Source of the DNA: Gammaproteobacteria bacterium
GTDB taxonomy: Bacteria > Pseudomonadota > Gammaproteobacteria > Eutrophobiales > Eutrophobiaceae
Length of the DNA: 64,000 nt
NCBI GenBank assembly: GCA_965238225.1
Contig: OZ250183.1
Location: 1,344,001-1,408,000 of the forward strand
Direction of reading: 5' to 3'
Shown: piece after piece, positions 45,973-56,404 of the stretch
Position numbering within the stretch: the first letter of the stretch is position 1
How the letters are laid out: each line of letters begins with the position of its first letter
Notes under the pieces: model-generated
Told to the model about the DNA's origin: nothing
The model's input: only the letters and a program-made list of their open reading frames with translations
Databases searched by the model: none
Position numbers and translations under genes: made by a program

Positions 45973-47424
45973 ATGAGTATTATCACAGACATAAAATTAT
46001 TAAAAAACAGGCGTACGAAGATTATTGCCACACTAGGGCCAGCCTCAAATTCAGCAGATATCATCAAGCAATTAATCAAAGCCGGTGCCAATATCTTTCG
46101 TCTGAATATGTCTCATGGTGACCATGCTAGCCATGCGAATACTTATAAACTCGTGCGTAATATTGCCGAAGACTTGGGCAAACCTATTGCTGTACTGGCA
46201 GATCTATGTGGTCCAAAGATTCGTGTAGGAAGGTTTAAGGGTGGGCAAATTACATTGCTTAATGGGCAGTCTGTGACTATCACGACGCGTAATGTTGAAG
46301 GAGATCAAGATCTGATTCCTTCTCAATATAAAGCGCTGGCAAATGATGTTACATCTGGGGATCGTATCTTACTTAACGATGGCAATCTTGAACTTCAAGT
46401 TGAAGATATTCATGGCACTGAAATTTCTTGTAAGATTATCCATGGAGGAGTTCTGAAGGACAACAAAGGTATTAACCTTCCTAATGTTCATGTATCAGCA
46501 ACCTCTCTTACAAACAAAGATCGTGATGATGCACAATTTGTTTTAAATCTCGGAGTAGATTTCCTAGCATTATCTTTTGTCCGCTGTGCTAAGGATATTG
46601 ATGATTTGAGATCGATTGTTAGCAAGGCAGGTGCAAATACAAGTATTATTGCTAAGATCGAGAAATCAGAAGCACTGGAAAATATAGATGCTATCCTCGA
46701 TGCTGCTGATGGCATTATGGTAGCGCGTGGTGATTTGGGGGTTGAACTTAAACCTGAACAAGTTCCAGTTACCCAAAGTCAGCTGATTGGTCATGCTCGA
46801 CAAAAATTTAAATCCGTCATCGTTGCCACTCAGATGTTGGAATCCATGATTGAAAACGCCAGACCAACTCGCGCCGAGGTAACAGATATCTCTTATGCTG
46901 CAACTTTAGGCACTGATGCTGTCATGTTATCTGCTGAATCTGCTGTCGGCAATTTTCCTGTCGAATCAGTGGAAATGATGGATCGGATACTACGTCAAAC
47001 CGAGACTCATCTGTGGCAAAACGGCGAATATAACTCTAACCTTGCTGTCGCAAACACATTCCCTCTGCCCGTATGGGAAGCCATGGCAAATGCAAACAAT
47101 GGCCTAGCAAGAGACTTGATGGTACGTGCCGTTATTGTAATTTCACAAGGAGGTATGTCAGCAATCACCATGAGTGCCGCAAGGCCTGCAGCACCTGTGG
47201 TTGCTATATCAAATAAACTTGGCACCTGTAGAAAAATGGCGATGATGTGGGGTATTATTCCGATGCTGGTGGAGGAAGACAAGATGGGCAACCATTACGA
47301 ACTGACAAAAACGATTGTCAAAAAATTAAATTTGGCGCGATCAGGAGATACCACGTTATTGGTAAAAGGATTCCATCAGGATCCAAAATTGAATTACCCT
47401 TCTGTAACGGTCGTTACCATCTAG
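45973..47424 (+). CDS. pyk: Pyruvate kinase
   Basis: RRTKIIATLGPAS, RLNMSHG, IIAKIE, MVARGDLGVE, ATQMLESM. Confidence 0.97.
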   Translation: MSIITDIKLLKNRRTKIIATLGPASNSADIIKQLIKAGANIFRLNMSHGDHASHANTYKLVRNIAEDLGKPIAVLADLCGPKIRVGRFKGGQITLLNGQSVTITTRNVEGDQDLIPSQYKALANDVTSGDRILLNDGNLELQVEDIHGTEISCKIIHGGVLKDNKGINLPNVHVSATSLTNKDRDDAQFVLNLGVDFLALSFVRCAKDIDDLRSIVSKAGANTSIIAKIEKSEALENIDAILDAADGIMVARGDLGVELKPEQVPVTQSQLIGHARQKFKSVIVATQMLESMIENARPTRAEVTDISYAATLGTDAVMLSAESAVGNFPVESVEMMDRILRQTETHLWQNGEYNSNLAVANTFPLPVWEAMANANNGLARDLMVRAVIVISQGGMSAITMSAARPAAPVVAISNKLGTCRKMAMMWGIIPMLVEEDKMGNHYELTKTIVKKLNLARSGDTTLLVKGFHQDPKLNYPSVTVVTI

Positions 47425-47912
47425 TAACGATATTTATAGACAGGCTCGGCATCATCTGTAGCTGCCTGATATTTTACAGAAATCTCATTAAACGCATTCA
47501 GTGCGTCTTGTGCATCTTTATCTTTTCTTAATTGAAAAGAATTAATGCCACAGCGTTGCATAAAGAAAAGCTGATCACGCAAAACATCACCGACCGCACG
47601 TAATTCTAATTGATAGTGATACCTATCACGCAACAAACGTGCATGCGAGTAACAACGTCCATCAGTAAAGACAGGAAAATCCAGCGCAATCAAATCAAAA
47701 TTCTCAATATCTTTTGCTACTGCGTGAATATCATCATCGCCATTGATACAAACTCCTAACATTCCTTCTCTGTTTGGTAAAACTTCCTTATTATTCAGCC
47801 AATAAGAGAAAGGCACGATAATATCGCCTGCGGGTAAACTTTCGCCTGATGTTATTTCAACAAGACGTTGCCAACTATCTTCAACAATTTTTTTATCTTT
47901 AATTAATTGCAT
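47421..47912 (-). CDS. DUF934-family protein (sulfite reduction associated)
   Basis: FPVFTDGRCYSHARLLR...RAVGDVLRDQLFFMQRCG; downstream of cysI. Confidence 0.9.
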   Translation of the reverse strand: MQLIKDKKIVEDSWQRLVEITSGESLPAGDIIVPFSYWLNNKEVLPNREGMLGVCINGDDDIHAVAKDIENFDLIALDFPVFTDGRCYSHARLLRDRYHYQLELRAVGDVLRDQLFFMQRCGINSFQLRKDKDAQDALNAFNEISVKYQAATDDAEPVYKYRY

Positions 47913-47929
47913 TGTACAGATGCCTATCT

Positions 47930-49612
47930 TCAATGAGGGATAGCAATCTTGTCTGAAGATTGCTCTGGATAAACTCTTTGCTTGTATGGTGCAATGCCAA
48001 CTCGGCGATAAGTATCAAGAAAAGACTCTTTTTCTATGCGATGTTCAACGTAGACATCAAGTAATTGACCTATAGTATCAGCCACCTTCTCTTTCTCGAT
48101 GGCAGGGCCAAGACGATCACCCAAAACCGCATCATTTTCTGCCGAGCCTCCAAGTGTTAATTGATAAAATTCAACCCCTTTTTTATCTACGCCAAGTATA
48201 CCGATATGACCAACGTGGTGATGGCCACAAGCATTCATACAACCTGACATTTTTATCTTGATATCACCAATGTCATGCAGGTAATCCATATCATTAAATT
48301 TTTCGTTAATCTGCTTTGCGATGGGGATAGAGCCGGCATTTGCAAGTGAACAAAAATCCAGCCCAGGACAACAAATCATATCGGTCAATAATCCAATATT
48401 GGGCGTTGCTAAACCCTGCGCAACCAAACCTTCCCATAAAGAAAATAAATCAGCCTGCTTGACATGCGGCATAATAAAATTTTGGTCATGGGTGGTGACT
48501 ATCTCAGAAAAGCTATATTTGTCTATTAAGTCGGCAAGATGATCCATCTGCACATCGGTAACATCTCCAGGGGCAATTGCTGGTGCCTTGAGCGACACCA
48601 CAACCGCACGATAACCATCTGCTCTGTGCGACACAACATTTCGCTCAATCCATACAGAGAATGCCGAGTTGTTGGCTTTATGTACGGCAAAACTCGTGTC
48701 AGCGCCTGCATCTTTTTCATAATCTGGTGCTGAAAATTGTGTGCGAACACGATCGATTTCTTTTTGATCTAACAGCAATACAGAATCTTTGATATGTAGC
48801 CATTCTTCTTCTACCATTTGGGAGAATTTTTCAATACCTGTTGCATTCACCAAAATCTTTATTCTGGCTTTGTATTTGTTGTCGCGCCTACCAAAGCGAT
48901 TATAAATACGCAGGATAGCTTCCATATAAGACAGCATATGTTTCTTTTCAAGAAATTCACGAATAACTTTCCCGATGACTGGTGTGCGACCAAGACCGCC
49001 GCCGACGAGTACCTTGAAACCAACATCACCAACATCATTACGCACTAGATACAAACCAATATCATGTACCTGCACCGCAGCCCTGTCATGTATTGCACCT
49101 GATACAGCAAACTTGAATTTACGAGGCAGGTAAGAAAATTCAGGATGAAAAGTTGACCACTGACGCAGTATTTCACAATAGGGTCTGGGATCTTCCACCT
49201 CGTCTTTGGCAACGCCTGCAAACTGATCGGAAGTAATATTACGGATACAATTACCACTGGATTGAATAGCATGCATTTGCACACTGGCGAGGTCGGCTAG
49301 AATATCAGGGACAGTCTCTAACTTCGGCCAGTTGTATTGTATGTTTTGTCGTGTACTGATATGACCATAATTCTTGTCGTACTTACGAGAGATATGAGCA
49401 AGCATGCGTAGTTGTCTGGAAGATAATAATCCATAAGGAATATCCACACGTAACATTGGCGCATGTGTCTGGATATATAAACCATTCATCAATCGCAATG
49501 GTCTAAATTCATCCTCCGACAATTCACCCGCAAGATAACGTCGAGTTTGATCTCGATATTGTTCTACGCGTTCATCTACTATCTTCTGATCGTAATTATC
49601 ATACTGATACAT
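47930..49612 (-). CDS. cysI: Sulfite reductase siroheme hemoprotein (Pseudomonas-type CysI)
   Basis: FRPLRLMNGLY, STRQNIQ, SGNCIRN, CCPGLDFC, SGCMNACG. Confidence 0.92.
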   Translation of the reverse strand: MYQYDNYDQKIVDERVEQYRDQTRRYLAGELSEDEFRPLRLMNGLYIQTHAPMLRVDIPYGLLSSRQLRMLAHISRKYDKNYGHISTRQNIQYNWPKLETVPDILADLASVQMHAIQSSGNCIRNITSDQFAGVAKDEVEDPRPYCEILRQWSTFHPEFSYLPRKFKFAVSGAIHDRAAVQVHDIGLYLVRNDVGDVGFKVLVGGGLGRTPVIGKVIREFLEKKHMLSYMEAILRIYNRFGRRDNKYKARIKILVNATGIEKFSQMVEEEWLHIKDSVLLLDQKEIDRVRTQFSAPDYEKDAGADTSFAVHKANNSAFSVWIERNVVSHRADGYRAVVVSLKAPAIAPGDVTDVQMDHLADLIDKYSFSEIVTTHDQNFIMPHVKQADLFSLWEGLVAQGLATPNIGLLTDMICCPGLDFCSLANAGSIPIAKQINEKFNDMDYLHDIGDIKIKMSGCMNACGHHHVGHIGILGVDKKGVEFYQLTLGGSAENDAVLGDRLGPAIEKEKVADTIGQLLDVYVEHRIEKESFLDTYRRVGIAPYKQRVYPEQSSDKIAIPH

Positions 49613-49686
49613 CTTTTTTCGCCATATAAGTAGCTAATTAACTTAATATATTTTGCTCTAACGTCGAGGAAAATAGCAATAACTTC

Positions 49687-49737
49687 TTATACTTAAAAGG
49701 AATTAATTTAACTAAAGTTATACTATTTAGTTATTAA
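49687..49737. promoter_or_regulatory. Possible CysB/LysR-type binding region upstream of cysI
   Basis: AT-rich repeated TTATACT elements with dyad-like spacing directly upstream of a sulfur-assimilation gene. Confidence 0.3.
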
Positions 49738-49808
49738 CTTGACTCTGAAAAATGAATTGCTATGCGCTGGCGTGGCTATAGAAAAAGCCATAAATGCAGG
49801 GGAATATT

Positions 49809-50051
49809 TTATGGGTATCGTGCAAGGAGCGTTCGTCCTTTGCGCGTAATGTAACCTTCAGCGTCAATAAATCCACCATTTTTAGCAATGGATAAAAGTT
49901 GCACAGGCTTTGTTTTAGAAAGATACACCATACCATCGCCATAGTGGCACTTTAAAAACTCAGCGACCTGCTGCTCTTCTATTTTCAACCCATCTAAGGA
50001 TACAACGGTACTCAAATCGGTACTCAAATCGGTGTTCAAATCGGTGTTCAA
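49809..50051 (-). CDS. Small hypothetical protein with N-terminal 4-aa repeats
   Basis: GGAGG SD before a TTG start; (TDLN)(TDLS)2 from a 12-bp repeat; globular-looking C-terminus GFIDAEGYITRKGR. Confidence 0.6.
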   Translation of the reverse strand: MNTDLNTDLSTDLSTVVSLDGLKIEEQQVAEFLKCHYGDGMVYLSKTKPVQLLSIAKNGGFIDAEGYITRKGRTLLARYP

Positions 50052-50053
50052 AT
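50006..50053. repeat. 12-bp tandem repeat x4
   Basis: CGGTACTCAAAT x2 followed by CGGTGTTCAAAT x2. Confidence 0.9.
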
Positions 50054-50243
50054 CAAATCCTCCAAAAAAATAATTTACTGTTCTTTTTATTGCTCTTTAC
50101 ACCCAATACTTTGACTTAAGAATTCGTAAATAATGAGCCAACAAGTCTTACATATCATAAACCACCTAAACCAACCTCAAGTTATATACATTATCTAAAA
50201 ACTATGTCAAGTATTTATTGTAATTAATTGATTAATCTATATT

Positions 50244-51347
50244 TTATTGAATATGCTGTTTTGCAAGGTAAGTGCGTGTACGCATCTCTTCTAGGCGGCT
50301 AATCGTCCTTAAAAATGGCTTAGCCAAGCGCTTGCCTGTGTAAAGTTTGCAGGGTTTTTCTGCTGCAGACACAATTAACTTAACATTTCTGTCATAAAAT
50401 TCGTCTATCAAAGTCATAAATCTCCTAGCCTTATCGTTTGTCAATTCATCCATTACTGGGATATCTGATATCAAAACCGTTTGAAATAATCTAGCGATTT
50501 CAATGTAGTCTGCGGAACCTCTTGGTTCATCACAAACGGCATCAAAATTAAACCACACGACACCATCTGCATGGCAGACAGTTTGAATCATCCTGCCTAC
50601 TATCTCAATAGACAAACTATTCGTGACTTCGTTCGGTGCAATGTGATTAAAATTAGTTTTCAGCATTTGCCTTGCCTTGTCATCTAGGGGCGAATGATAA
50701 ATTTCCGTTTTATCCAAAAATTGTAAACGATAATCAATACCTGAATCCACATTAACTACTTCTGTATATTTTTTTATCAGGTGAATCGCGGGTAAAAATT
50801 GTTCTCTTTGCAATCCATCCCAATACAATTGATCCGGTGCCTCATTAGAGCTTGTAACCAGAACCACGCCTCGCTCGAACAAACCTTTGAGCAAACCACT
50901 CAACAACATAGCATCCGTGATATCAGGCACATAAAATTCATCAAAACATAATACTTTGGTTTTGGAGGCAATGTTGTCTGCCACAATTTTTAATGGGTCA
51001 TTTATATTATGAAGATTTTTTAATTGTGTATGCACCATTTGCATAAAACGATAAAAATGGACTCTTTGTTTTTCCTTGAAAGGCAAACTATCAAAGAAGG
51101 AATCAAGAAGATAGGTTTTACCTCGCCCAACTCCACCCCAAAAATACAGTCCTTTGATAATATTTGATTTATCTTTTGCAAATTTCTGTCTGATCTTTTT
51201 AAAGAAATTATTTTTAATATCGTCATAAAATAGTAATTCATCAAAAAGTTTTTGAGTGTGTCGCACAGCATTTTCTTGCGCCTTATCTAAATGAAAATCT
51301 TCGCGCAATAAATCTGCCTGATACTTTTCTAGAGGCGTCATAGTCAA
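50244..51347 (-). CDS. zapE: Cell division ATPase ZapE (AFG1 family)
   Basis: GLYFWGGVGRGKT, LCFDEF, TSSN, RRFMTLIDEFY, RTISRLEEM. Confidence 0.95.
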   Translation of the reverse strand: MTMTPLEKYQADLLREDFHLDKAQENAVRHTQKLFDELLFYDDIKNNFFKKIRQKFAKDKSNIIKGLYFWGGVGRGKTYLLDSFFDSLPFKEKQRVHFYRFMQMVHTQLKNLHNINDPLKIVADNIASKTKVLCFDEFYVPDITDAMLLSGLLKGLFERGVVLVTSSNEAPDQLYWDGLQREQFLPAIHLIKKYTEVVNVDSGIDYRLQFLDKTEIYHSPLDDKARQMLKTNFNHIAPNEVTNSLSIEIVGRMIQTVCHADGVVWFNFDAVCDEPRGSADYIEIARLFQTVLISDIPVMDELTNDKARRFMTLIDEFYDRNVKLIVSAAEKPCKLYTGKRLAKPFLRTISRLEEMRTRTYLAKQHIQ

Positions 51348-51457
51348 CCAGTGTTATTATGAATATAATAATGCTAAATAAAAAAATAAGTTCTCATTAG
51401 ATTGCGGTTAAAGTATAACCGAAAACAATCAAGCATAAGCTAGGAATAACATAATTC

Positions 51458-52144
51458 ATGATATTTACCATCGCTATAATCTCTATTATCTTGCTTATCT
51501 TCGGGCCGCAAATATGGGCTAGGCATGTGTTTAAAAAATATGCAGTAGAGATTGATGCTTTCCCGGGCACAGGCGGTGAGCTTGCTGAACATTTAGTCGA
51601 ATATCTTAAACTTACCAATGTTCGCGTTGAAGCAGGTGAGAAAAACGACAATTATTATGATCCAGACAATAAACTGGTAAAACTATCTCCAGATAATTTC
51701 AATGGAAAATCATTAACCGCTGTTACTGTTGCTGCACATGAAATAGGTCATGCCATACAACATCAGAGCAATTATCTGCCTTTATTTCTACGCACTCGAC
51801 TTAGCAAATTTTCATGTTTTTCAGAAAAAATTGCTTCTATACTTCTGGTTACATGCCCTTTTATATCATTACTCACACATTATCCCATCGTAGGCGTTAT
51901 TACACTTGTCTGTGGCTTGGCTATTTTACTTTTACCCGTATTAATTCATCTAACCACATTACCAGTAGAATGGGATGCCAGTTTCAAACGGGCACTGCCC
52001 GTATTAATTGCTGGGGAATATATTCCTGAATCTGCTGTGCCTGCCGCAAAAAAAATCCTGACAGCAGCTGCGCTCACTTATCTAGCTGCATCACTTGCCA
52101 GTATTTTAAATTTCTATAGATGGATGATCTTCCTAAGACGTTAA
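51458..52144 (+). CDS. Putative neutral zinc metallopeptidase (YugP-like)
   Basis: YDP, AAHEIGHAIQ, TLPVEWDAS, AAALTY. Confidence 0.9.
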   Translation: MIFTIAIISIILLIFGPQIWARHVFKKYAVEIDAFPGTGGELAEHLVEYLKLTNVRVEAGEKNDNYYDPDNKLVKLSPDNFNGKSLTAVTVAAHEIGHAIQHQSNYLPLFLRTRLSKFSCFSEKIASILLVTCPFISLLTHYPIVGVITLVCGLAILLLPVLIHLTTLPVEWDASFKRALPVLIAGEYIPESAVPAAKKILTAAALTYLAASLASILNFYRWMIFLRR

Positions 52145-52202
52145 GCATTTCATTCGCCTTTATAGCATTGAAATTATCATTATCACTATGATCTTGTCAC
52201 CA

Positions 52203-53570
52203 TTATTTTGATTTATCATTTATTTTTGGTGCTTCAACATCATCACTTTGCTCGTCGATAAGCTCTTCATCTAATCTTTTATTAGTTTGCAGACCTAGTT
52301 CATAGATGGCTTCCGCCCTCCCAACAAGATTTCCTCTGCCAGATATCAAACGTTTATGGGCAAGCTCGTAGGCTTTCTGCGCCTTATCTAATTTTTCACC
52401 TACCTCTTCAAGTGCTTTCACAAAATCAACAAACTTGTCGTACATACCGCCCGCCTGTTTGGCGATTTTCTGGGCGTTTTTATTTTGATCTTCATAACGC
52501 CATATATTATGAATGAGCCGCAAAGTCATGTGTAGGGTAGTTGGACTGACTAAAACTATTCCGCGGTTAAAAGCATCATGATAAATACGCTCATCTCGTT
52601 CAAAAGCCAACATCAACGCAGGCTCAATGGGCACAAACATTAATACCATATCTAATGAGTTTATTCTGCTCAATTCTTTATAATTCTTTCCCTGTAACTC
52701 GGCAATATGTTTACGAATAGCTTTGAGGTGTTCAGCTAAGGCATGTTTCTGTTCTTCATTATCTTCTGAGGAACAAAATTTCTCATACGCATTAAGTGAA
52801 ACTTTGGAATCTATCACAACATATTTATTATCAGGTAAATGAACAACTACATCAGGATAAAATGACTTACCATTCTCATCATGATAGCTTTTTTGAAATT
52901 CATATTCACGTCCATTTTTTAGGCCGGAATCTTCCAACACTCTTTGCAAAATTACCTCGCCCCAGTTGCCGCGTATCTTGCTTTCGCCTTTAAGTGCCTT
53001 GGTCAAGTTTATTGCATCTTTACTCATTTTCTCATTTAAAGAGCGCAAATTGGTAATTTCTTCAAATAAAGACACCCTATCTCTAGTTTCTTTATCATAG
53101 ACATCATCAATTCTTTTTTTAAATTCCCTCAATTGCTCGCGCAATGGAACCAAGGTCTCGTTAATATTTGATTTATTTTGTTCGGTAAATTTTTTACTTT
53201 TTTCCTCCATAATTTTGTTGGATAGATTTTCAAATGCTAAAGTCATATTCTTTTCCATGCTCTTTTTGGCATCTTCCAACAAGGTTAATTTTTCCTGAAA
53301 TGATTTCTTTTCATCTTCAAGCAAAGTATTTAGTTTAGTTTTTTCTACATTGGCTTCCTGCGTCTGTTTTTGTTGTTGTTGATACAAGGACTCCTGCTGC
53401 CGAATTTCTTCCTTTAATTCATCAATTTCTATTGTTTTACGCTCAGACCGATCGTTTTCAACTGCCAGTTTGATATCCAACTGTTGCTGTTTTCGCCTAG
53501 AAAATAACCATGCCAAAAGGCCGCCAACGGTCAATCCAATTATTCCTGAGACAATAACAATTCCGTTCAT
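52203..53570 (-). CDS. rmuC: DNA recombination protein RmuC
   Basis: N-terminal TM and coiled coil; RGNWGEVIL, PDVVVHLP, IDSKVSL, MFVPIE. Confidence 0.95.
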   Translation of the reverse strand: MNGIVIVSGIIGLTVGGLLAWLFSRRKQQQLDIKLAVENDRSERKTIEIDELKEEIRQQESLYQQQQKQTQEANVEKTKLNTLLEDEKKSFQEKLTLLEDAKKSMEKNMTLAFENLSNKIMEEKSKKFTEQNKSNINETLVPLREQLREFKKRIDDVYDKETRDRVSLFEEITNLRSLNEKMSKDAINLTKALKGESKIRGNWGEVILQRVLEDSGLKNGREYEFQKSYHDENGKSFYPDVVVHLPDNKYVVIDSKVSLNAYEKFCSSEDNEEQKHALAEHLKAIRKHIAELQGKNYKELSRINSLDMVLMFVPIEPALMLAFERDERIYHDAFNRGIVLVSPTTLHMTLRLIHNIWRYEDQNKNAQKIAKQAGGMYDKFVDFVKALEEVGEKLDKAQKAYELAHKRLISGRGNLVGRAEAIYELGLQTNKRLDEELIDEQSDDVEAPKINDKSK

Positions 53571-53848
53571 AATAGTTGTATTTAACTAACATAAAAATTG
53601 ATTTAAAATGTGGCTTTCAAGCATATCTAATCTAACCAGAAAAATCAGTTCCCGCTTCAAAAAAATCGAACAGGTGGAACTTGAAAATACCCCGCCCGCC
53701 TCATTAAATACAGATGATCAGAAAAAAATGTCCTAAGTATTGCATTACATAAATTTTTTCTTTATATCGATCAAGTAGCAGCCATTGAAAGCAAAAGATA
53801 TCGAAATATTTTTGATGATTAAAATGCGCAAACTAAAAACATTTTTTA

Positions 53849-55261
53849 TTATTTAATCATAATAAATGCAACACTATTTCCTCTTAAAATTTTCAACAAT
53901 AAAGATTTATTGTTTCCATTTATAAGCTTGAGAAATGTTGATATATTCTGCACTTTCCGACGATTCACAGAAATAATAACATCACCTTTTCTCAGGCCAC
54001 TGCGCCAAATAAGGCTTCCTCTTTCTATCTTAGTGACATAAACACCCTCTATTTTCCCAGAATTTTGAGGCCCCTCCTGAAGTTTGCGAACCGACAGACC
54101 TTGCAGATGCTTATTAATTGCGACCAGCTCCTCATTAGCCTCCTCTTTTCCTTCTGTAGAAACTACAGTTGTAATCTTTTTGGATTTACCCGCACGTAAA
54201 ATATCAAAAATAACCTGTTGGCCAACAGTCAGTAAACCAAAACTATTGCGCACATCGTCTGCATTTTTAACATCTTGACCATTTATTTTTACCAGTATAT
54301 CTCCGGGCTGAAGTCCGTCCTTGCCAGCAGGAGAACCCTCATAAACAGCAGTGACTACCGTGCCTCTATCGTGTCTCAACCCATGCTGCTGCAACCCAAA
54401 GGCTGCAATCAGAGCTGGCGTTAAATTCTGCACAGAGATTCCAAGAAAACCACGTTGCACTCTTCCATATTTCAGCAATTGATCGGCAATTTGCATCACC
54501 AGATTAATTGGTATAGCAAATCCGATACCGATATTTACACCACTGTTCGAAAAGATTGCCGTGCTGATGCCGACCAACTCACCTCTTAAATTCACTAGCG
54601 CGCCGCCAGAATTTCCCGGGTTAATAGAAGCATCTGTTTGAATAAAATTTTCATATTCCTCTATACCGAGACCGCTGCGACTAAGTGCGCTTACAATGCC
54701 AGAGGTTACAGTTTGTCCAAGACCGAACGGTTCGCCAATAGAGACAACAAAATCACCTACTCTGAGCTTGTCAGAGTCTGCTGTTTTTATAGCCACGATA
54801 CCTTCTGCCGGGATCTTAATCACGGCAACATCTGTTTTCGGATCGGCACCGATCAATTCTGCTTGCAGTTGTCTGCCGTCGCTTAATGTCACTATGATCT
54901 TCTCTGCATGAGCGATCACATGGTTGTTGGTAAATACCAAACCTCGCTTGGCATCAATAATCACACCCGAACCTCGGCTTTGGGCTTTTCTTTCTACACG
55001 CTGCTCCGGGATATTAAAAAAACGACGAAAGAATGTATCCGAAAAGATAGGATTTAACCCAGTCGAAACCGCGCCTTCTGTTGAGATATTGACGACTGCT
55101 GATGTAACATGTTCCAACATGGGTGCCAAAGATGGCAATTCTTTGCCATCTGCATAGACTGGCAATACCGCCTGTGCGGGCAAACAAACCAAGCCCAATA
55201 CAAATATTAATAAATTGCGCAGTAATGTGTCCGAAATTAAACTCGTTTTTACTTTATTCAT
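53849..55261 (-). CDS. degQ: DegQ/DegP-family serine endoprotease
   Basis: GSGVII, TNNHVI, IQTDASINPGNSGG; two PDZ domains. Confidence 0.93.
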   Translation of the reverse strand: MNKVKTSLISDTLLRNLLIFVLGLVCLPAQAVLPVYADGKELPSLAPMLEHVTSAVVNISTEGAVSTGLNPIFSDTFFRRFFNIPEQRVERKAQSRGSGVIIDAKRGLVFTNNHVIAHAEKIIVTLSDGRQLQAELIGADPKTDVAVIKIPAEGIVAIKTADSDKLRVGDFVVSIGEPFGLGQTVTSGIVSALSRSGLGIEEYENFIQTDASINPGNSGGALVNLRGELVGISTAIFSNSGVNIGIGFAIPINLVMQIADQLLKYGRVQRGFLGISVQNLTPALIAAFGLQQHGLRHDRGTVVTAVYEGSPAGKDGLQPGDILVKINGQDVKNADDVRNSFGLLTVGQQVIFDILRAGKSKKITTVVSTEGKEEANEELVAINKHLQGLSVRKLQEGPQNSGKIEGVYVTKIERGSLIWRSGLRKGDVIISVNRRKVQNISTFLKLINGNNKSLLLKILRGNSVAFIMIK

Positions 55262-55377
55262 TAAAAATTACCTGAAAAATAAAATTATCTGAAAGTCAAA
55301 ATATAAATGCAGAAATGCAAATATATTATTCAATGGAATTAACAATTATACCTCAGTAAAAGTTTATGTTCTAAAGA

Positions 55378-55402
55378 AAGAGGCGGAAAACCTTCGCCTC
55401 TT
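55378..55402 (-). terminator. Intrinsic terminator of the hsp20 relic
   Basis: AAGAGGCG/CGCCTCTT stem followed by a T-rich tail on the minus strand. Confidence 0.6.
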
Positions 55403-55424
55403 CTTGAAATTACTCAGTTTAAAC

Positions 55425-55518
55425 TTACTGGATTTGGCTTTTGACTGTAATTTTTCTTGGCTGCGCCTTTTTCAATCTATTCAACAAGCCCAATGATTCG
55501 TATCCTATAAAGTGTCAT
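55425..55518 (-). pseudogene. Hsp20 small heat-shock protein relic (alpha-crystallin core deleted)
   Basis: AGGAG plus ATG; MTL / IGYESLGLLNRL fused to KKAQPRKITVKSQIQ*; sigma32-type -10 (CCCCATTTA) at 55565-55573. Confidence 0.65.
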
Positions 55519-55636
55519 TATTCTATCTCCTAATTAACTTACAGTGTTTATCTTGCAGTTACAATAAATGGGGGGTGACTTACCATTTTTTAATGGCTAC
55601 AAAGTTATTTTTTAAAGAAATAAAGTATTTATTTTT

Positions 55637-56344
55637 GTGAAAATAATAAATACAATGATGCCCATGGCAAAGATTAGTTATTTTTCACATATCTTCGGTA
55701 ACTCTCCAGTCTCACCGCTGCAAAAACATACAGCCAGTGTTATCGCCTGTGTAGAACAGCTCATTCCCTATTTTGAAGCCGTTTTTGAGGGTGATTGGGA
55801 TGCAGCTGCAAATATCCAGAAGAAACTCGCCTTTCTTGAAGGGGAAGCCGATGACACCAAAAATAAATTACGCATGAACCTGTCTACAAGCCTGTTCATG
55901 CCTATCGACCGAGGAGACATCCTTGAGGTTCTGAAGATACAAGATCTGATTGCCAATCGAGCAAAAGATATTTCCGGACTCGTCCTCGGCCGTGAAATGG
56001 CTATCCCAAGCGTTTTGACTGATGATTTCATGGTCTTCCTGCGACGCTGCATTGATGCCGCAGAACAAGCTAAAGTGGCTATTAATGAGCTGGATGAGCT
56101 GGTCGTTACAGGCTTTCGAGGGGATGAGGCAACACGTGTCAGGAAAATGATTGCTGAGCTACATATTACTGAAGGTGAAACCGATGAAATTCAGATCAAA
56201 CTGCGCGCCTCTTTGCATGCGCTTGAAGATGATTTAGCCCCTGTTGATGTCATGTTTATATACAAAATAATCGAATGGATTGGTGATCTTGCTGATGCAG
56301 CACAAAGCACTGGTAATCATTTGCAGTTAATGCTTGCTAAATAA
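55637..56344 (+). CDS. TIGR00153/DUF47 phosphate transport regulator
   Basis: FGNSPVSPLQKH, LEGEAD, LFMPIDRGD, WIGDLADAAQ; upstream of pit. Confidence 0.92.
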   Translation: MKIINTMMPMAKISYFSHIFGNSPVSPLQKHTASVIACVEQLIPYFEAVFEGDWDAAANIQKKLAFLEGEADDTKNKLRMNLSTSLFMPIDRGDILEVLKIQDLIANRAKDISGLVLGREMAIPSVLTDDFMVFLRRCIDAAEQAKVAINELDELVVTGFRGDEATRVRKMIAELHITEGETDEIQIKLRASLHALEDDLAPVDVMFIYKIIEWIGDLADAAQSTGNHLQLMLAK

Positions 56345-56404
56345 TTTCCAGAATTGAAGCAGATATATTTAACCAAAAACATATTGACCTTAAGGCGCTT
56401 CGTC

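Noticed and set aside
47421-49612. cysI without cysJ as a novel sulfite reductase system
   Set aside because: CysI paired with DUF934 and no adjacent flavoprotein is a known arrangement in Pseudomonas-like bacteria.
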